64,000 nucleotides of DNA from Gammaproteobacteria bacterium (GTDB lineage: Bacteria; Pseudomonadota; Gammaproteobacteria; Legionellales; Legionellaceae). Under the pieces are notes generated by a model, which was not told the DNA's origin, did not search any database, and worked only from the letters and a program-made list of their open reading frames with translations. Positions 39,308 through 48,829 of this stretch are shown piece after piece; position 1 is the first letter of the stretch, and every line of letters starts with the position of its first letter. Location: the NCBI GenBank assembly GCA_026399205.1, contig JAPLRL010000035.1:15310-79309 (forward strand), given 5' to 3'. The position numbers were made by a program, and so were the translations under genes.

Positions 39308-39394
39308 ATCCGAGCCGCGACCGTTAGGAAGCGGAACATTTAAAACTACTGCGCTCTAATAAAACTTCCGCTCCCTAACGGTCGCGGCTCGGAT
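39308..39394. repeat. A-family, long variant (A4)
   Basis: The arms are as in A1. An extra ~20 nt in the loop looks like a partial duplicate of the right arm (AAAACTACTGCGCTCT / AAAACTTCCGCTCCCT). Confidence 0.85.
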
Positions 39395-39495
39395 GTATCG
39401 AGCGAATTTATCGAGCGGATATATGACATATCGCATCTTATCCTCAGGTACGATATACTACCGGCTTACTCACCAACCTACGCTAATGACCCACT

Positions 39496-40458
39496 ATGGA
39501 TTTTTGTAAATTTGGACTTGCTGTCATTGAAACCGAAGCGCAAGCCATTCACGAACTCAGCCAACGTATCGATGAACAATTTGATCGCGCGTGTCGCTTG
39601 TTACTAGCGTGTGAAGGTCGCGTGGTCGTCACAGGCATGGGGAAATCAGGGCACATTGCTCGAAAAATATCATCAACCTTATCTAGCATTGGAACACCGG
39701 CCCTGTATATGCACCCAGGTGAAGCAAGCCATGGTGATTTAGGGATGATTACAACGCGCGATGCAGTCATCATCATTTCTTATTCTGGTTATACGCCAGA
39801 AATCATGAGCATTATTGCCTCACTCAAGCGCTTAGCCGTTCCCATCATCGCGCTGACAGGCAATCCGACCTCTGCGATTGCAGAAGCCTCTGATGCACAT
39901 ATTAATGTGTCAGTTAAATTTGAGGCCTGCCCTTTGGGTCTTGCGCCAACAACCAGTACAACCGCCTGCTTAGTCATGGGAGATGCGCTCGCCATTGCTT
40001 TACTCCAAGCCAGAGGCTTCACGCCTGAAGATTTTGCCCGTTCTCATCCTGGCGGCCAATTGGGTAAAAAGCTGTTATTAAAAGTCAATGACTTATGGCA
40101 CACAGATGACGCCTTACCGGTGGTTCATGAATCTTTAACCATTAGCGATACCTTGATTCAAGTCACAGAAAAAAAATTAGGCATGACCTGTGTTGTTAAT
40201 CATATCGGTGAACTCTCGGGTGTATATACCGATGGGGATGTACGCCGAACGTTGAATAAACAAGTCGATATTCATTCAACGCCTGTTTCTGATGTCATGA
40301 GCACCCATTGTAAAACCATTCAAACCGGCATGTTAGCTGTTGATGCACTCAGTATCATGCAAGAACATAGCATCACCACACTCGTGGGTATTGACGCACA
40401 CAACAAACCGCTTGCTGTATTGCATTTACACGATCTATTAAAAGCCGGGGTGATTTAA
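39496..40458 (+). CDS. kdsD: arabinose-5-phosphate isomerase KdsD
   Basis: SIS domain (VVVTGMGKSGHIARKISSTLSSIGTPA) plus tandem CBS domains, in the conserved kdsD-kdsC-lptCAB order. Confidence 0.9.
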   Translation: MDFCKFGLAVIETEAQAIHELSQRIDEQFDRACRLLLACEGRVVVTGMGKSGHIARKISSTLSSIGTPALYMHPGEASHGDLGMITTRDAVIIISYSGYTPEIMSIIASLKRLAVPIIALTGNPTSAIAEASDAHINVSVKFEACPLGLAPTTSTTACLVMGDALAIALLQARGFTPEDFARSHPGGQLGKKLLLKVNDLWHTDDALPVVHESLTISDTLIQVTEKKLGMTCVVNHIGELSGVYTDGDVRRTLNKQVDIHSTPVSDVMSTHCKTIQTGMLAVDALSIMQEHSITTLVGIDAHNKPLAVLHLHDLLKAGVI

Positions 40459-40985
40459 TGCAAGATATTCTAGAAAAAGCTAAAAAAATTCAGTGCGTGA
40501 TTTGTGATGTCGATGGGGTGATGACCAATGGTCTGTTATATATTGACAATGCCTGTAATGAATTAAAAGCGTTTCATGTCCAAGATGGCTTAGGCTTAAA
40601 ATTACTCTTAGCCGCTGACCTCGATGTTGCCATCATTACCGGCTCACAAAATGCGGTGATTGATCATCGCATGCAGCAATTAGGCATCACCCATTATTTT
40701 AAAAACCAACACGATAAAACCCAAGCGTTTCTTGAAATCCAAACGCGGTTACGCCTCAGTGATGACGCGTTTGCGTATATCGGCGACGATTTACCCGATC
40801 TCCCTTTTATTAAGCGCGTAGGGCTCGGGGTTGCGGTGGCTAATGCGATAGACGACGTCAAGCTATGCGCTGATTATCAAACCAAAGCCTCCGGTGGAAA
40901 CGGCGCGGTAAGAGAGGTCTGTGATTTGATATTAAGGGCTCAGGGGAAGTATGAGTCTGCGATTGAGCGTTATTTTTCATCATGA
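40458..40985 (+). CDS. kdsC: 3-deoxy-D-manno-octulosonate 8-phosphate phosphatase KdsC
   Basis: HAD motifs are present: ICDVDGVMTNG.., ..ITGSQN.., ..YIGDDLPDLP... Confidence 0.9.
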   Translation: MQDILEKAKKIQCVICDVDGVMTNGLLYIDNACNELKAFHVQDGLGLKLLLAADLDVAIITGSQNAVIDHRMQQLGITHYFKNQHDKTQAFLEIQTRLRLSDDAFAYIGDDLPDLPFIKRVGLGVAVANAIDDVKLCADYQTKASGGNGAVREVCDLILRAQGKYESAIERYFSS

Positions 40986-41551
40986 GCACTCTTCCTGCGG
41001 CACGTCATCCCGAGCGTTCCATGCGTCATCCCGAGCGTAGCGAGGGATCTCCACCCAGTAGCAGGAGATCCCTCGCTACGCTCGGAATGACGTGGAAAAC
41101 GTGCAAGTCATTCGCAATGACCACCGGTTTATTTTTACTCGCCTTTTCCGGCTGGTACTTTGGCAAATCAACCCCACCGCTTTTAAATCAACAGACCCTC
41201 ATGCATCAAGTCGATGCCATCATGACGGATCTCCATTTTTATGAATTTGATGAGCGTGGCCAGCTCAGTAAACACATGGTAGCCGCTAAAATGGAGCACA
41301 TGCCATTTAATAATCAATTTTTTTTGACTCAGGTTATCCTCACGCATCATCAGTCTGAAAATAAAACAAGCATGCATACCGATGCGTTAACCTATCTGCC
41401 CAAAACCGCCCTTGCATTTACCGATTCGCCTGTTATCTTTGAGCAAGCTGAGCAACGCATAGAGTCAAAAGGAATGCAGGCGAATTTAAATACCAATCAA
41501 ATTAAGCTCAATCATGCACGTGCAACTATTAAGCCAAAAGATGAGGCGTAG
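40982..41551 (+). CDS. lptC: LPS export protein LptC, with a repeat-derived N-terminal segment
   Basis: The ATG overlaps the kdsC stop (ATGA). It has a TM anchor (TTGLFLLAFSGWYFG) and an OstA-like body. Codons 8-37 (RHPERSMRHPERSEGSPPSSRRSLATLGMT) are repeat C6. An alternative start at MTTGLF (about 41117) cannot be excluded. Confidence 0.75.
   Translation: MSTLPAARHPERSMRHPERSEGSPPSSRRSLATLGMTWKTCKSFAMTTGLFLLAFSGWYFGKSTPPLLNQQTLMHQVDAIMTDLHFYEFDERGQLSKHMVAAKMEHMPFNNQFFLTQVILTHHQSENKTSMHTDALTYLPKTALAFTDSPVIFEQAEQRIESKGMQANLNTNQIKLNHARATIKPKDEA
41003..41092. repeat. C-family repeat inside the lptC reading frame (C6), 90 nt, left terminus duplicated
   Basis: CGTCATCCCGAGCGTTCCATG + CGTCATCCCGAGCGTAGCGAGGGATCTCC..GGAGATCCCTCGCTACGCTCGGAATGACG. 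The 21-bp duplication encodes RHPERSM. Confidence 0.85.
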
Positions 41552-41616
41552 GTTGGGCCTTGGCCCAACAACGATATTACGCAACACCACAATGTTGGGC
41601 CAAGGCCCAACCTACG
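41547..41616. repeat. B-family palindrome (B4) spanning the lptC/lptA junction
   Basis: CGTAGGTTGGGCCTTGGCCCAAC-N24-GTTGGGCCAAGGCCCAACCTACG. It contains the lptC stop TAG (41549..41551) and the candidate lptA ATG (41592). Confidence 0.9.
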
Positions 41617-42131
41617 TCTTGTTGCTATGTCTTTTCTCATTAAATAGCTTGGCCCTCCCAAGCGATCGCACCCAACCCATCGAACTCCTAGCCGACACCA
41701 TCGAGCTCGATGCCAATACCCAAACCGGCATCTATAAAGGCCATATTCGGTTTTCGCAAGGCAGTGCGCATATGGAAGCAGATGAAGCGACCACCACAAC
41801 CGATAAATCGAATCATCTGATATATGCAGAAGCTAGCGCCCCTCACCCACCTTTCGCTCATTTTTGGACACAGCAGCATGAGAAAGAATCCGCTTTACAT
41901 GCGTATGCCCAAAAAATTCAATATTTTCCAGATAAACACCTGATTGTACTCACAGGAGATGCAAAAATCATCCAAGACAACAATCAAATCAACGCGCCGG
42001 TGATTCGCTTTGATCTCCTAGACCGTCGCATGCTTACTGAAAAAACCCCTACCTCACGAACACAAATTTTGTTCCACACGGATGCTCATCATGCCAACAC
42101 TCTCAGCGCACCATTTAAAAAAAGCGTTTAA
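41592..42131 (+). CDS. lptA: LPS export periplasmic protein LptA
   Basis: OstA-like body (..[59 protein letters not shown]). I set the start at ATG 41592, giving signal peptide [21 protein letters not shown]. The track start at 41514 is the alternative. Confidence 0.75.
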   Translation: MLGQGPTYVLLLCLFSLNSLALPSDRTQPIELLADTIELDANTQTGIYKGHIRFSQGSAHMEADEATTTTDKSNHLIYAEASAPHPPFAHFWTQQHEKESALHAYAQKIQYFPDKHLIVLTGDAKIIQDNNQINAPVIRFDLLDRRMLTEKTPTSRTQILFHTDAHHANTLSAPFKKSV

Positions 42132-42816
42132 GAAAAAAACAGTCGTCAATGACGTCAGTTTATCGATTCAACAAGGCAGCTGTGTGGGCTTACTCGGCCC
42201 CAATGGCGCGGGTAAAACCACCTGTTTTTATATGATCGTCGGCCTGCAATCGTGTGATGCGGGAGAAATCATGTTAGATGAGCAACGTCTGACCCATTTG
42301 CCAATGCACGCCAGAGCAAAAATGGGCATTGGTTATTTACCGCAAGAGCCCTCTATTTTTAGAAAACTCACCGTTGCCGAAAATATTCTTGCCATTTTAG
42401 AGTTAAGAGCCGATTTAGCCTCACATCAACGCTATGATGAATTAGAAAATCTATTAGATGAATTTAAAATCACCCACTTACGAGACCATCTCGGGATGAG
42501 CCTATCCGGTGGCGAGCGTCGCCGCGTGGAAATTGCCAGAGCCCTAGCCAGTTACCCTAAATTTATCTTATTAGATGAACCCTTCGCAGGGGTTGATCCT
42601 ATTTCAGTGATTGATATCAAACAAATGATCACCCATCTTTGTCAAAAAAATATTGGCGTATTGATTACCGATCATCATGTACGAGAGACTTTGGATATTT
42701 GTGACAGGGCTTATATTGTGAATCAGGGGACGGTGTTATGTGAAGGGACACCAGAAGAGGTTTTAGACAATAAACAGGTTCGGGCTGTTTATTTGGGGGA
42801 TGAGTTCTCACTATGA
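42091..42816 (+). CDS. lptB: LPS export ABC transporter ATP-binding protein LptB
   Basis: Walker A (GPNGAGKTT), the signature [15 protein letters not shown] and Walker B ([11 protein letters not shown]) are present. I set the start at MPTLSAHHL. Confidence 0.95.
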   Translation: MPTLSAHHLKKAFKKKTVVNDVSLSIQQGSCVGLLGPNGAGKTTCFYMIVGLQSCDAGEIMLDEQRLTHLPMHARAKMGIGYLPQEPSIFRKLTVAENILAILELRADLASHQRYDELENLLDEFKITHLRDHLGMSLSGGERRRVEIARALASYPKFILLDEPFAGVDPISVIDIKQMITHLCQKNIGVLITDHHVRETLDICDRAYIVNQGTVLCEGTPEEVLDNKQVRAVYLGDEFSL

Positions 42817-42831
42817 CTGAGAGAAACAAGA

Positions 42832-42919
42832 AATCCGAGCCGCGACCGTCAGGAAGCGGAAATTTTAAACTCCCGCTCTCCAATAAAACTTCCGCTCCCT
42901 AACGGTCGCGGCTCGGATT
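42832..42919. repeat. A-family, long variant (A5), between convergent lptB and relA
   Basis: Same architecture as A4 (..TTAAACTCCCGCTCTCCAATAAAACTTCCGCTCCCT..). Confidence 0.85.
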
Positions 42920-42944
42920 GATCGAGGTATGCTTTAAGATCTGA

Positions 42945-45152
42945 CTAAACCTGCCGTCTCGCCTCTAACACATTCGGTACCTGCAATAACTTTGTCAATA
43001 AACCCGACAACCCCGTCACCCCAGGCACTTCTACTGTTAAAAAAATAAACACATGGTTGTCGGGTTGATGGACTTCCGTTTTTAAGGCATGAATATGGGC
43101 TTTTTCAATGGCAAGAACCGCTGTGATGTCTTTTAGTAAATCGACCCTATCAAAGGCTTGTAAAAATAAACTCGCAATGTATTTTTCTTTGGTGACCTCA
43201 CCCCAGGTTACTTGTAAGAAGCGCCGGCGTTGTTTTTCTGTTGAGTGGATTATATTAGAACAATCCATGCGGTGAATAGAAACCCCTCTGCCGATCGTCA
43301 CATAGCCAATGACTTGATCGCCCGGTAAAGGCTGGCAGCAGCGCGCCATGTTAGTTAACAACTTCCCTACCCCTTCAATTTGTAAATCATCATTGCTATG
43401 TTCATATCTTGGCGGTGATTTTTTGATGAGGTTAGGCATCGATGTGCTGCCATCATCCGGTGGAATCAGCCGATTAATCATTTGGGTTAAACGAATTTCT
43501 CCGCGCCCTAATGCCGCGTAACAATCATCTAACGTTTTAAAATGAAAGAGTGCGGGTAACTCAGATAAACGCTCGGTTTTTGCCCCTAATGATTTGAGCT
43601 CTTTATCTAATAAAGCACGGCCTTGTTCTACATGCATTTCATAATCTTGGGTTTTAAACCAATGCAATACCTTGGCTTTGGCCCTAGAGGTCGTTAGATA
43701 GCGTAAATGAGGGTTCATCCAATCGCGCGAGGGTTTTTCAATTTTACTGGTTAAGACCTCAACCCGATCGCCTGTTTGCAACACCGACGTCAAAGGGACC
43801 ATATTGCCATTGACTTTAGCCCCACGACAGCGGTGTCCGAGTTGGCTGTGCACAAAATAAGCAAAATCAAGCGGAGTTGAACCTTGTGGCATATCTAACA
43901 CTTCGCCATTGGGCGTAAACACATAGATGCGATCATCTAAAAACTCACGCTCGAGCACAGCAGAAGATTCTGAGGTAAGCGCCATTTCTTTGTGCCAAGA
44001 CAAGACTTCTCTTAACCATTCAATTTTTCGCTCATGAGTCGGCTTCGTAATGACCGTCCCTTCTTTATATTTCCAGTGTGCAGCAACCCCCATCTCAGCT
44101 AAATCATGCATATGATGCGTACGAATTTGTACTTCAAACACACAATTTTCGGGTCCAATCACCGCGGTATGTAACGATTGATAACCATTGGGTTTAGGCT
44201 GATTAATATAATCATCAAATTCTGAAGAGACCGGCTCCCATAAAGAATGCACCAAGCTTAAGACTTGATAACAATCTTCAGGCTTATCCACTAACACACG
44301 AATGGCGATGGCATCATAAATTTGATTTAAAGACACATGCTTACGCTGCATTTTATTGTAAATACTGCGAATATGTTTTGCTCGACCATAAATTTTAAGG
44401 CCTTGAAGATGCTCATTCTCTAAAGCCTCAGTCAAGGTCACAACAATCTTATTCACATATAAATCACGCTCTATGCGCGTCAAATGCAGCCCTTTTGCAA
44501 CTTGTTTATAAATCTCAGGTTCTAAATATCGAAACGCTAAATCTTCCATTTCCCATTTAAACACCCCAATCCCTAAACGATTGGCGAGTGGCGCAAACAC
44601 ATCCATGACTTCTGTGGAAATTTGTTTTCGAATCACATGGGGTAATTCACTAAGATTCCTTAATACACAAAGCCGTTCTGCGAGTTTAATCAAAACCACG
44701 CGGACGTCATCTACCATGGCCAGCAGCATTTTGCGTACATTATCGAGTTGGTGTTTATTTTTACCGTATTGCCTATCAACATGAAACGCAGAGAGCACAC
44801 TCATCTGCTTGACCCCTTTGATGAGCTTGGCAACGCCAGGGCCTAGTTGCTCTTCTACATCTTCAATGGCCAAATCAGCATGCTGAACCCCATCAAACAC
44901 GATGGCTGCCGCGATCACTTCTGCATCGACAGATAAATCAACCAAGGCCTCGGCCATCGCAATGCCTTGCCTAAAACAAGAAAATCCCGTTTCAGTCGGA
45001 TGTTCGGCACCTGCTAATTGACTGAGTGCGCAGGCATGTCGAATCAAGGGTAAGCCTGAACGGTAGCCTTTTTGTTCAAGGTGGTCAAACCACTGAGTGA
45101 GGTTGACCCCTTCTTCTGTCATCCAAGCCGAGTCATCTTTGACCTTGACCAT
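42945..45152 (-). CDS. relA: GTP pyrophosphokinase, RelA-type (p)ppGpp synthetase
   Basis: 735 aa. The N-terminal pseudo-hydrolase region lacks the HD dyad. The synthetase core is YRSLHTAV-like (GYQSLHTAVIGPENCVFEVQIRT..MHDLAEMGVAAHW), followed by TGS and ACT-like domains. The start may be 45122 (MTEEG). Confidence 0.85.
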   Translation of the reverse strand: MVKVKDDSAWMTEEGVNLTQWFDHLEQKGYRSGLPLIRHACALSQLAGAEHPTETGFSCFRQGIAMAEALVDLSVDAEVIAAAIVFDGVQHADLAIEDVEEQLGPGVAKLIKGVKQMSVLSAFHVDRQYGKNKHQLDNVRKMLLAMVDDVRVVLIKLAERLCVLRNLSELPHVIRKQISTEVMDVFAPLANRLGIGVFKWEMEDLAFRYLEPEIYKQVAKGLHLTRIERDLYVNKIVVTLTEALENEHLQGLKIYGRAKHIRSIYNKMQRKHVSLNQIYDAIAIRVLVDKPEDCYQVLSLVHSLWEPVSSEFDDYINQPKPNGYQSLHTAVIGPENCVFEVQIRTHHMHDLAEMGVAAHWKYKEGTVITKPTHERKIEWLREVLSWHKEMALTSESSAVLEREFLDDRIYVFTPNGEVLDMPQGSTPLDFAYFVHSQLGHRCRGAKVNGNMVPLTSVLQTGDRVEVLTSKIEKPSRDWMNPHLRYLTTSRAKAKVLHWFKTQDYEMHVEQGRALLDKELKSLGAKTERLSELPALFHFKTLDDCYAALGRGEIRLTQMINRLIPPDDGSTSMPNLIKKSPPRYEHSNDDLQIEGVGKLLTNMARCCQPLPGDQVIGYVTIGRGVSIHRMDCSNIIHSTEKQRRRFLQVTWGEVTKEKYIASLFLQAFDRVDLLKDITAVLAIEKAHIHALKTEVHQPDNHVFIFLTVEVPGVTGLSGLLTKLLQVPNVLEARRQV

Positions 45153-45894
45153 CTGGCATTCCTACCTGTTTCATAAAGGCTTTAACGTCTGGCTGAGCTA
45201 ACTCAACCCACTTTCCACGTGAGAGTGTTCTGGGTAACTGTAGCGACCCATAACGAATACGAATGAGTCGACTGACCTCAACGCCCTGTGACTGCCACAA
45301 GCGTCTGACTTCTCGATGTCGACCTTCCGTCAACACGACATGATACCAAGCATTGGAGCCTTCTCCACCTTGAAATTGAATTTGCTTGAATTTCCCTTTG
45401 CCATCTTCTAGCATCACGCCTTCTTTTAAATTTTGCAGCATCGATTTGGTCACCTGGCCACACACACGCACAGCGTATTCACGCTCTATCTCAAATTTAG
45501 GATGCATCAAGTGATGCGCTAATGCGCCATCGTTGGTAAAAATAAGTAAGCCTGCTGTATTCACATCTAAGCGCCCCACCTGAACCCAGCGGCCTTCTTT
45601 AACGGGCGGCAAGCTCATAAACACGGTTTTAGAAAACAACGGATCATCTCTGCTACAGACCTCACCGACAGGTTTATAATAAAGTAAAATTTGCGTGGTG
45701 AGTTTTTTTGACAAATCAATGACAACTTTTTTCCCTTTCACAATCAAGGTATCTGTTGCGCCGACTTTACACCCTAATACGGCCACCTCACCATTAAGCT
45801 TAACGCTGCCTTCAACTATCCACCGCTCTATTTCACGTCTTGAACCATAGCCTAAACGGCTCAGTAGTTTTTGTACTCGTTCTTGTTCACTCAT
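45133..45894 (-). CDS. rluB: 23S rRNA pseudouridine synthase RluB
   Basis: S4 domain (LQKLLSRLGYGSRREIERWI) plus GRLDVNTAGLLIFTNDG..REYAVRV..LTEGRHREVRRLW. It is close to E. coli RluB throughout. Confidence 0.85.
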   Translation of the reverse strand: MSEQERVQKLLSRLGYGSRREIERWIVEGSVKLNGEVAVLGCKVGATDTLIVKGKKVVIDLSKKLTTQILLYYKPVGEVCSRDDPLFSKTVFMSLPPVKEGRWVQVGRLDVNTAGLLIFTNDGALAHHLMHPKFEIEREYAVRVCGQVTKSMLQNLKEGVMLEDGKGKFKQIQFQGGEGSNAWYHVVLTEGRHREVRRLWQSQGVEVSRLIRIRYGSLQLPRTLSRGKWVELAQPDVKAFMKQVGMPDGQGQR

Positions 45895-47111
45895 TAATAA
45901 TCTAGTCCCATCACAGTTCGTACTTCAGAAATCGTTTTACGTGCCTCACTACTTGCAGCTTCACTGCCTTCGGCAACCATTTTTTTCACATATCCTAAAT
46001 CAGCATCATAAGATTTAATATTCTCTTGAATCGGTGCGAGTTCACGCTGAATGCTATCAATCACCGGACGTTTACAATCCACACACCCAATTCCAGCTGA
46101 TCGACACCCGGTTTGCACCCATGACTTAACCGTGTCATCTGAATAAACCTGATGTAACTGCCACACCGGACATTTTGCAGGCTCACCAGGGTCTGTACGT
46201 TTAACACGGGCAGGATCAGTCGGCATGGTAAGAATTTTTTTCTCAACCACTTCAGGGGTGTCGCGCAGCCGAATGGTATTATTATACGACTTAGACATTT
46301 TTTGTCCATCAATCCCGGGTAATTTAGGAATATTGGTGAGTAAAGCTTGCGGCTCAGGCAAGATAATTTTACCTGAACCATCTAAATACCCCACCAGCCG
46401 CTCTTTATCCCCTAACGAAAGGTTATGCTGATTTTCTAATAAAGCGCGTGCGGTGTTGAGTGAATCATAACACCCTTGCTCTTGAAATTGCTTCCTGAGC
46501 TTCACATACAACGCCCCCGTCTTTTTACCCATTTTTTTGACGGCTTCAGCGGTTAACTGCTCAAAGTTGGCTTCACGCCCATAGAGATGATTAAAGCGCC
46601 TGGCGACTTCTCGAATCAGTTCGATATGGGCGACTTGATCTTCACCCACAGGGACAAGCTCTGCTTTATATAATAAAACATCTGCACTTTGTAATAAGGG
46701 ATAACCTAAAAACCCATAGGTTGATAAATCTTTGTCATGTAATTTTTCTTGTTGATCTTTGTAGGTGGGCACCCGCTCTAACCACCCTAAAGGGGTGATC
46801 ATCGATAAAAGTAAATGCAACTCTGCATGTTCAGGCACATGCGATTGAATAAAGAGCGTACAGACATTGGGCGAAATGCCACAAGCCAACCAATCGACCA
46901 CCATCTGCCAAATCACGTTTTCCATGACCCCTGGTTCATCATAACGCGTGGTTAAGCCGTGAAAGTCAGCTAAAAAGAAAAAACATTCATATTGATGTTG
47001 GAGTTGCACCCAATTTTTTAAGACGCCATGATAATGACCTAAATGTAAATCGCCGCTAACCCGCATACCCGATACAACGCGTTTATTCGCTGTAAAAATT
47101 CCAGAAGACAT
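45894..47111 (-). CDS. trpS: tryptophan--tRNA ligase (long form)
   Basis: Class I motifs HLGHY and KMSKS are present, with the overall TrpRS pattern. The stop overlaps the rluB start (TAATG). Confidence 0.9.
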   Translation of the reverse strand: MSSGIFTANKRVVSGMRVSGDLHLGHYHGVLKNWVQLQHQYECFFFLADFHGLTTRYDEPGVMENVIWQMVVDWLACGISPNVCTLFIQSHVPEHAELHLLLSMITPLGWLERVPTYKDQQEKLHDKDLSTYGFLGYPLLQSADVLLYKAELVPVGEDQVAHIELIREVARRFNHLYGREANFEQLTAEAVKKMGKKTGALYVKLRKQFQEQGCYDSLNTARALLENQHNLSLGDKERLVGYLDGSGKIILPEPQALLTNIPKLPGIDGQKMSKSYNNTIRLRDTPEVVEKKILTMPTDPARVKRTDPGEPAKCPVWQLHQVYSDDTVKSWVQTGCRSAGIGCVDCKRPVIDSIQRELAPIQENIKSYDADLGYVKKMVAEGSEAASSEARKTISEVRTVMGLDY

Positions 47112-47129
47112 GACTGATATCCTTAAACA

Positions 47130-47759
47130 CTATTCAAAAGGCGCAGGATCCCCTTTTCCGACACGAACAATCACAGGATAACTCCCTGTTAAATCAACCA
47201 CGGTCGTCGGATGAGGATCACATGTTCCACCATCAATAATTAAATCAACTCGCGCCCCTAAGAGATCGCGAATCGCACCCGGTTCACTCAGGGGCATATT
47301 CACATGTGGCAAGGTTAAACTTGTACTCATTAAAGGCGCATCTAAACACTCTAATAACGATAAAATAATGGGATGATCCGGCACTCGTAAGCCCAATGTT
47401 TTTCGTTGCGGGTGAAGCATTAATTTAGGCACCGCTTTGGTCGCTTGTAAAATAAACGTATAAGAGCCTGGTGTAAATGCTTTTAACAACCGAAAAATAG
47501 GGTTCGTGACTTTCGCATACTGGCCTAATTCAGACAGGTTGCTACATAATAGGGTCATGTTATGCGATTTATCTAATTGTCGCAGTTCGCGCATTCGCGT
47601 GAGCGCCGCTTGATCGCCAAGTCGACACCCTAAGGCGTAGCCCGAATCGGTTGGATACACCACAATACCGCCTTTTTGCACCACTTCAACCGCTTGTCGC
47701 AATAGCCTGGCTTGAGGATTATCTGGATGAATTGAGAATATTTTTGATATTTTGCTCAT
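47130..47759 (-). CDS. yciO: YciO, Sua5/YrdC/YciO family (L-threonylcarbamoyladenylate synthase-like)
   Basis: IHPDNPQARLLRQAVEVVQKGGIVVYPTDSGYALGC..PGSYTFIL..LMSTSL..PTTVVDLT is nearly collinear with E. coli YciO. Confidence 0.85.
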   Translation of the reverse strand: MSKISKIFSIHPDNPQARLLRQAVEVVQKGGIVVYPTDSGYALGCRLGDQAALTRMRELRQLDKSHNMTLLCSNLSELGQYAKVTNPIFRLLKAFTPGSYTFILQATKAVPKLMLHPQRKTLGLRVPDHPIILSLLECLDAPLMSTSLTLPHVNMPLSEPGAIRDLLGARVDLIIDGGTCDPHPTTVVDLTGSYPVIVRVGKGDPAPFE

Positions 47760-47779
47760 GGCTTCCCTCTCTGGATCAT

Positions 47780-47847
47780 ATCCGAGCCGCGACCGTTAGG
47801 GAGCGGAAATTTTAAAACTTCCGCTCCCTAACGGTCGCGGCTCGGAT
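47780..47847. repeat. A-family palindrome (A6)
   Basis: ATCCGAGCCGCGACCGTTAGGGAGCGGAAATTTTAAAACTTCCGCTCCCTAACGGTCGCGGCTCGGAT, between dusA and yciO. Confidence 0.9.
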
Positions 47848-47848
47848 T

Positions 47849-48829
47849 TCAATACAATACATCAAAACACCCTTTTAAGCCATGCAAGTCTTCCATAGAG
47901 CGCACTCGCATTAAGGCATGTTTCCAGCGCTTTGCGTGCGCTTCACCATGCGCCATTGAAAACAAAGGGCGACATAAGCGTGGAAACGGTTCCCCCTCGC
48001 TTGCCTGCTGATAGGCATAATCAAGATAGGTATGAACGACCTCTTTAGGACTCAAAATGGGCGTTTCTGGATGTAACACGCGATGAATATCTGCCAATGC
48101 ATAGGGTTGGCGACACGCTAAACGACCAATCATCACGCCATCGACCTGGGCAAGGTGCGCTTGTACTTTTTCGATGTCATCAACTTGACCATTGATAATC
48201 ACCGGCAACTGCGGAAAGCGTTGTTTTAAAGCATATACATAATCATATTTCAAAGGCGGGGCCGTTCTATTTTGTTTGGGGTTTAGCCCCTTTAACCACG
48301 CAGATCGCGCATGAATAATAAGTTTATCTACACCTGCATCCACCAATTGAGTCGCCAAATTTAAGAAAAAATCTAGGCTATCCCATTCATCAACACCAAT
48401 GCGCATTTTAACGGTCACCGGGATGCGCGCCTCATGTTTCATGGCCGTAATACATGCAGCCACATGATCGCCTTCTTTCATGAGGCAAGCTCCAAAACGG
48501 CCTTGTTGAACTTTTTTACTGGGGCATCCTAAATTTAAATTCACTTCATCAAACCCAATCTCTTGCGCGATGTTCACACTTTCCACCAATCCAGCCAGAT
48601 CAGACCCACCGAGTTGTAAGGCAATTGGGTGTTCTGCGATATCGAAATGAACAGAGGTTTTCTTACGACGCAACACCGCTTGCAAGGGTTCCATTTCGGT
48701 ATAGAGCAAGGCCTGTGGCGCAATTAAACGCATAAGGCGCCGAAAATGCGTGTTGGTCCAATTCACCATCGGTGCAATAGAGAGCGGACAATGTAATACA
48801 GAAGACATAGACTGCATGGATTCAAACAC
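47849..48829 (-). CDS. dusA: tRNA dihydrouridine synthase DusA
   Basis: Shows LSIAPMVNWTNTHFRRLMRL..EVNLNLGCPS..VTVKMRIG..LIIHAR. Confidence 0.85.
   Translation of the reverse strand: MFESMQSMSSVLHCPLSIAPMVNWTNTHFRRLMRLIAPQALLYTEMEPLQAVLRRKKTSVHFDIAEHPIALQLGGSDLAGLVESVNIAQEIGFDEVNLNLGCPSKKVQQGRFGACLMKEGDHVAACITAMKHEARIPVTVKMRIGVDEWDSLDFFLNLATQLVDAGVDKLIIHARSAWLKGLNPKQNRTAPPLKYDYVYALKQRFPQLPVIINGQVDDIEKVQAHLAQVDGVMIGRLACRQPYALADIHRVLHPETPILSPKEVVHTYLDYAYQQASEGEPFPRLCRPLFSMAHGEAHAKRWKHALMRVRSMEDLHGLKGCFDVLY

Noticed and set aside
38972-39359. Possible independent ~129-aa gene (MLLKIHLFKQ..) downstream of the SPOR/OMP gene
   Set aside because: It has no motif and no convincing RBS, and its 3' end runs into repeat A4. 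It is kept only as the alternative-frame target in the G9 finding.
42817-42944. Absence of rpoN/hpf/ptsN after lptB as evidence of a rearrangement mediated by repeat A5
   Set aside because: The lptB-rpoN linkage is common but not universal. A single junction with a repeat does not demonstrate rearrangement without a comparative genome.
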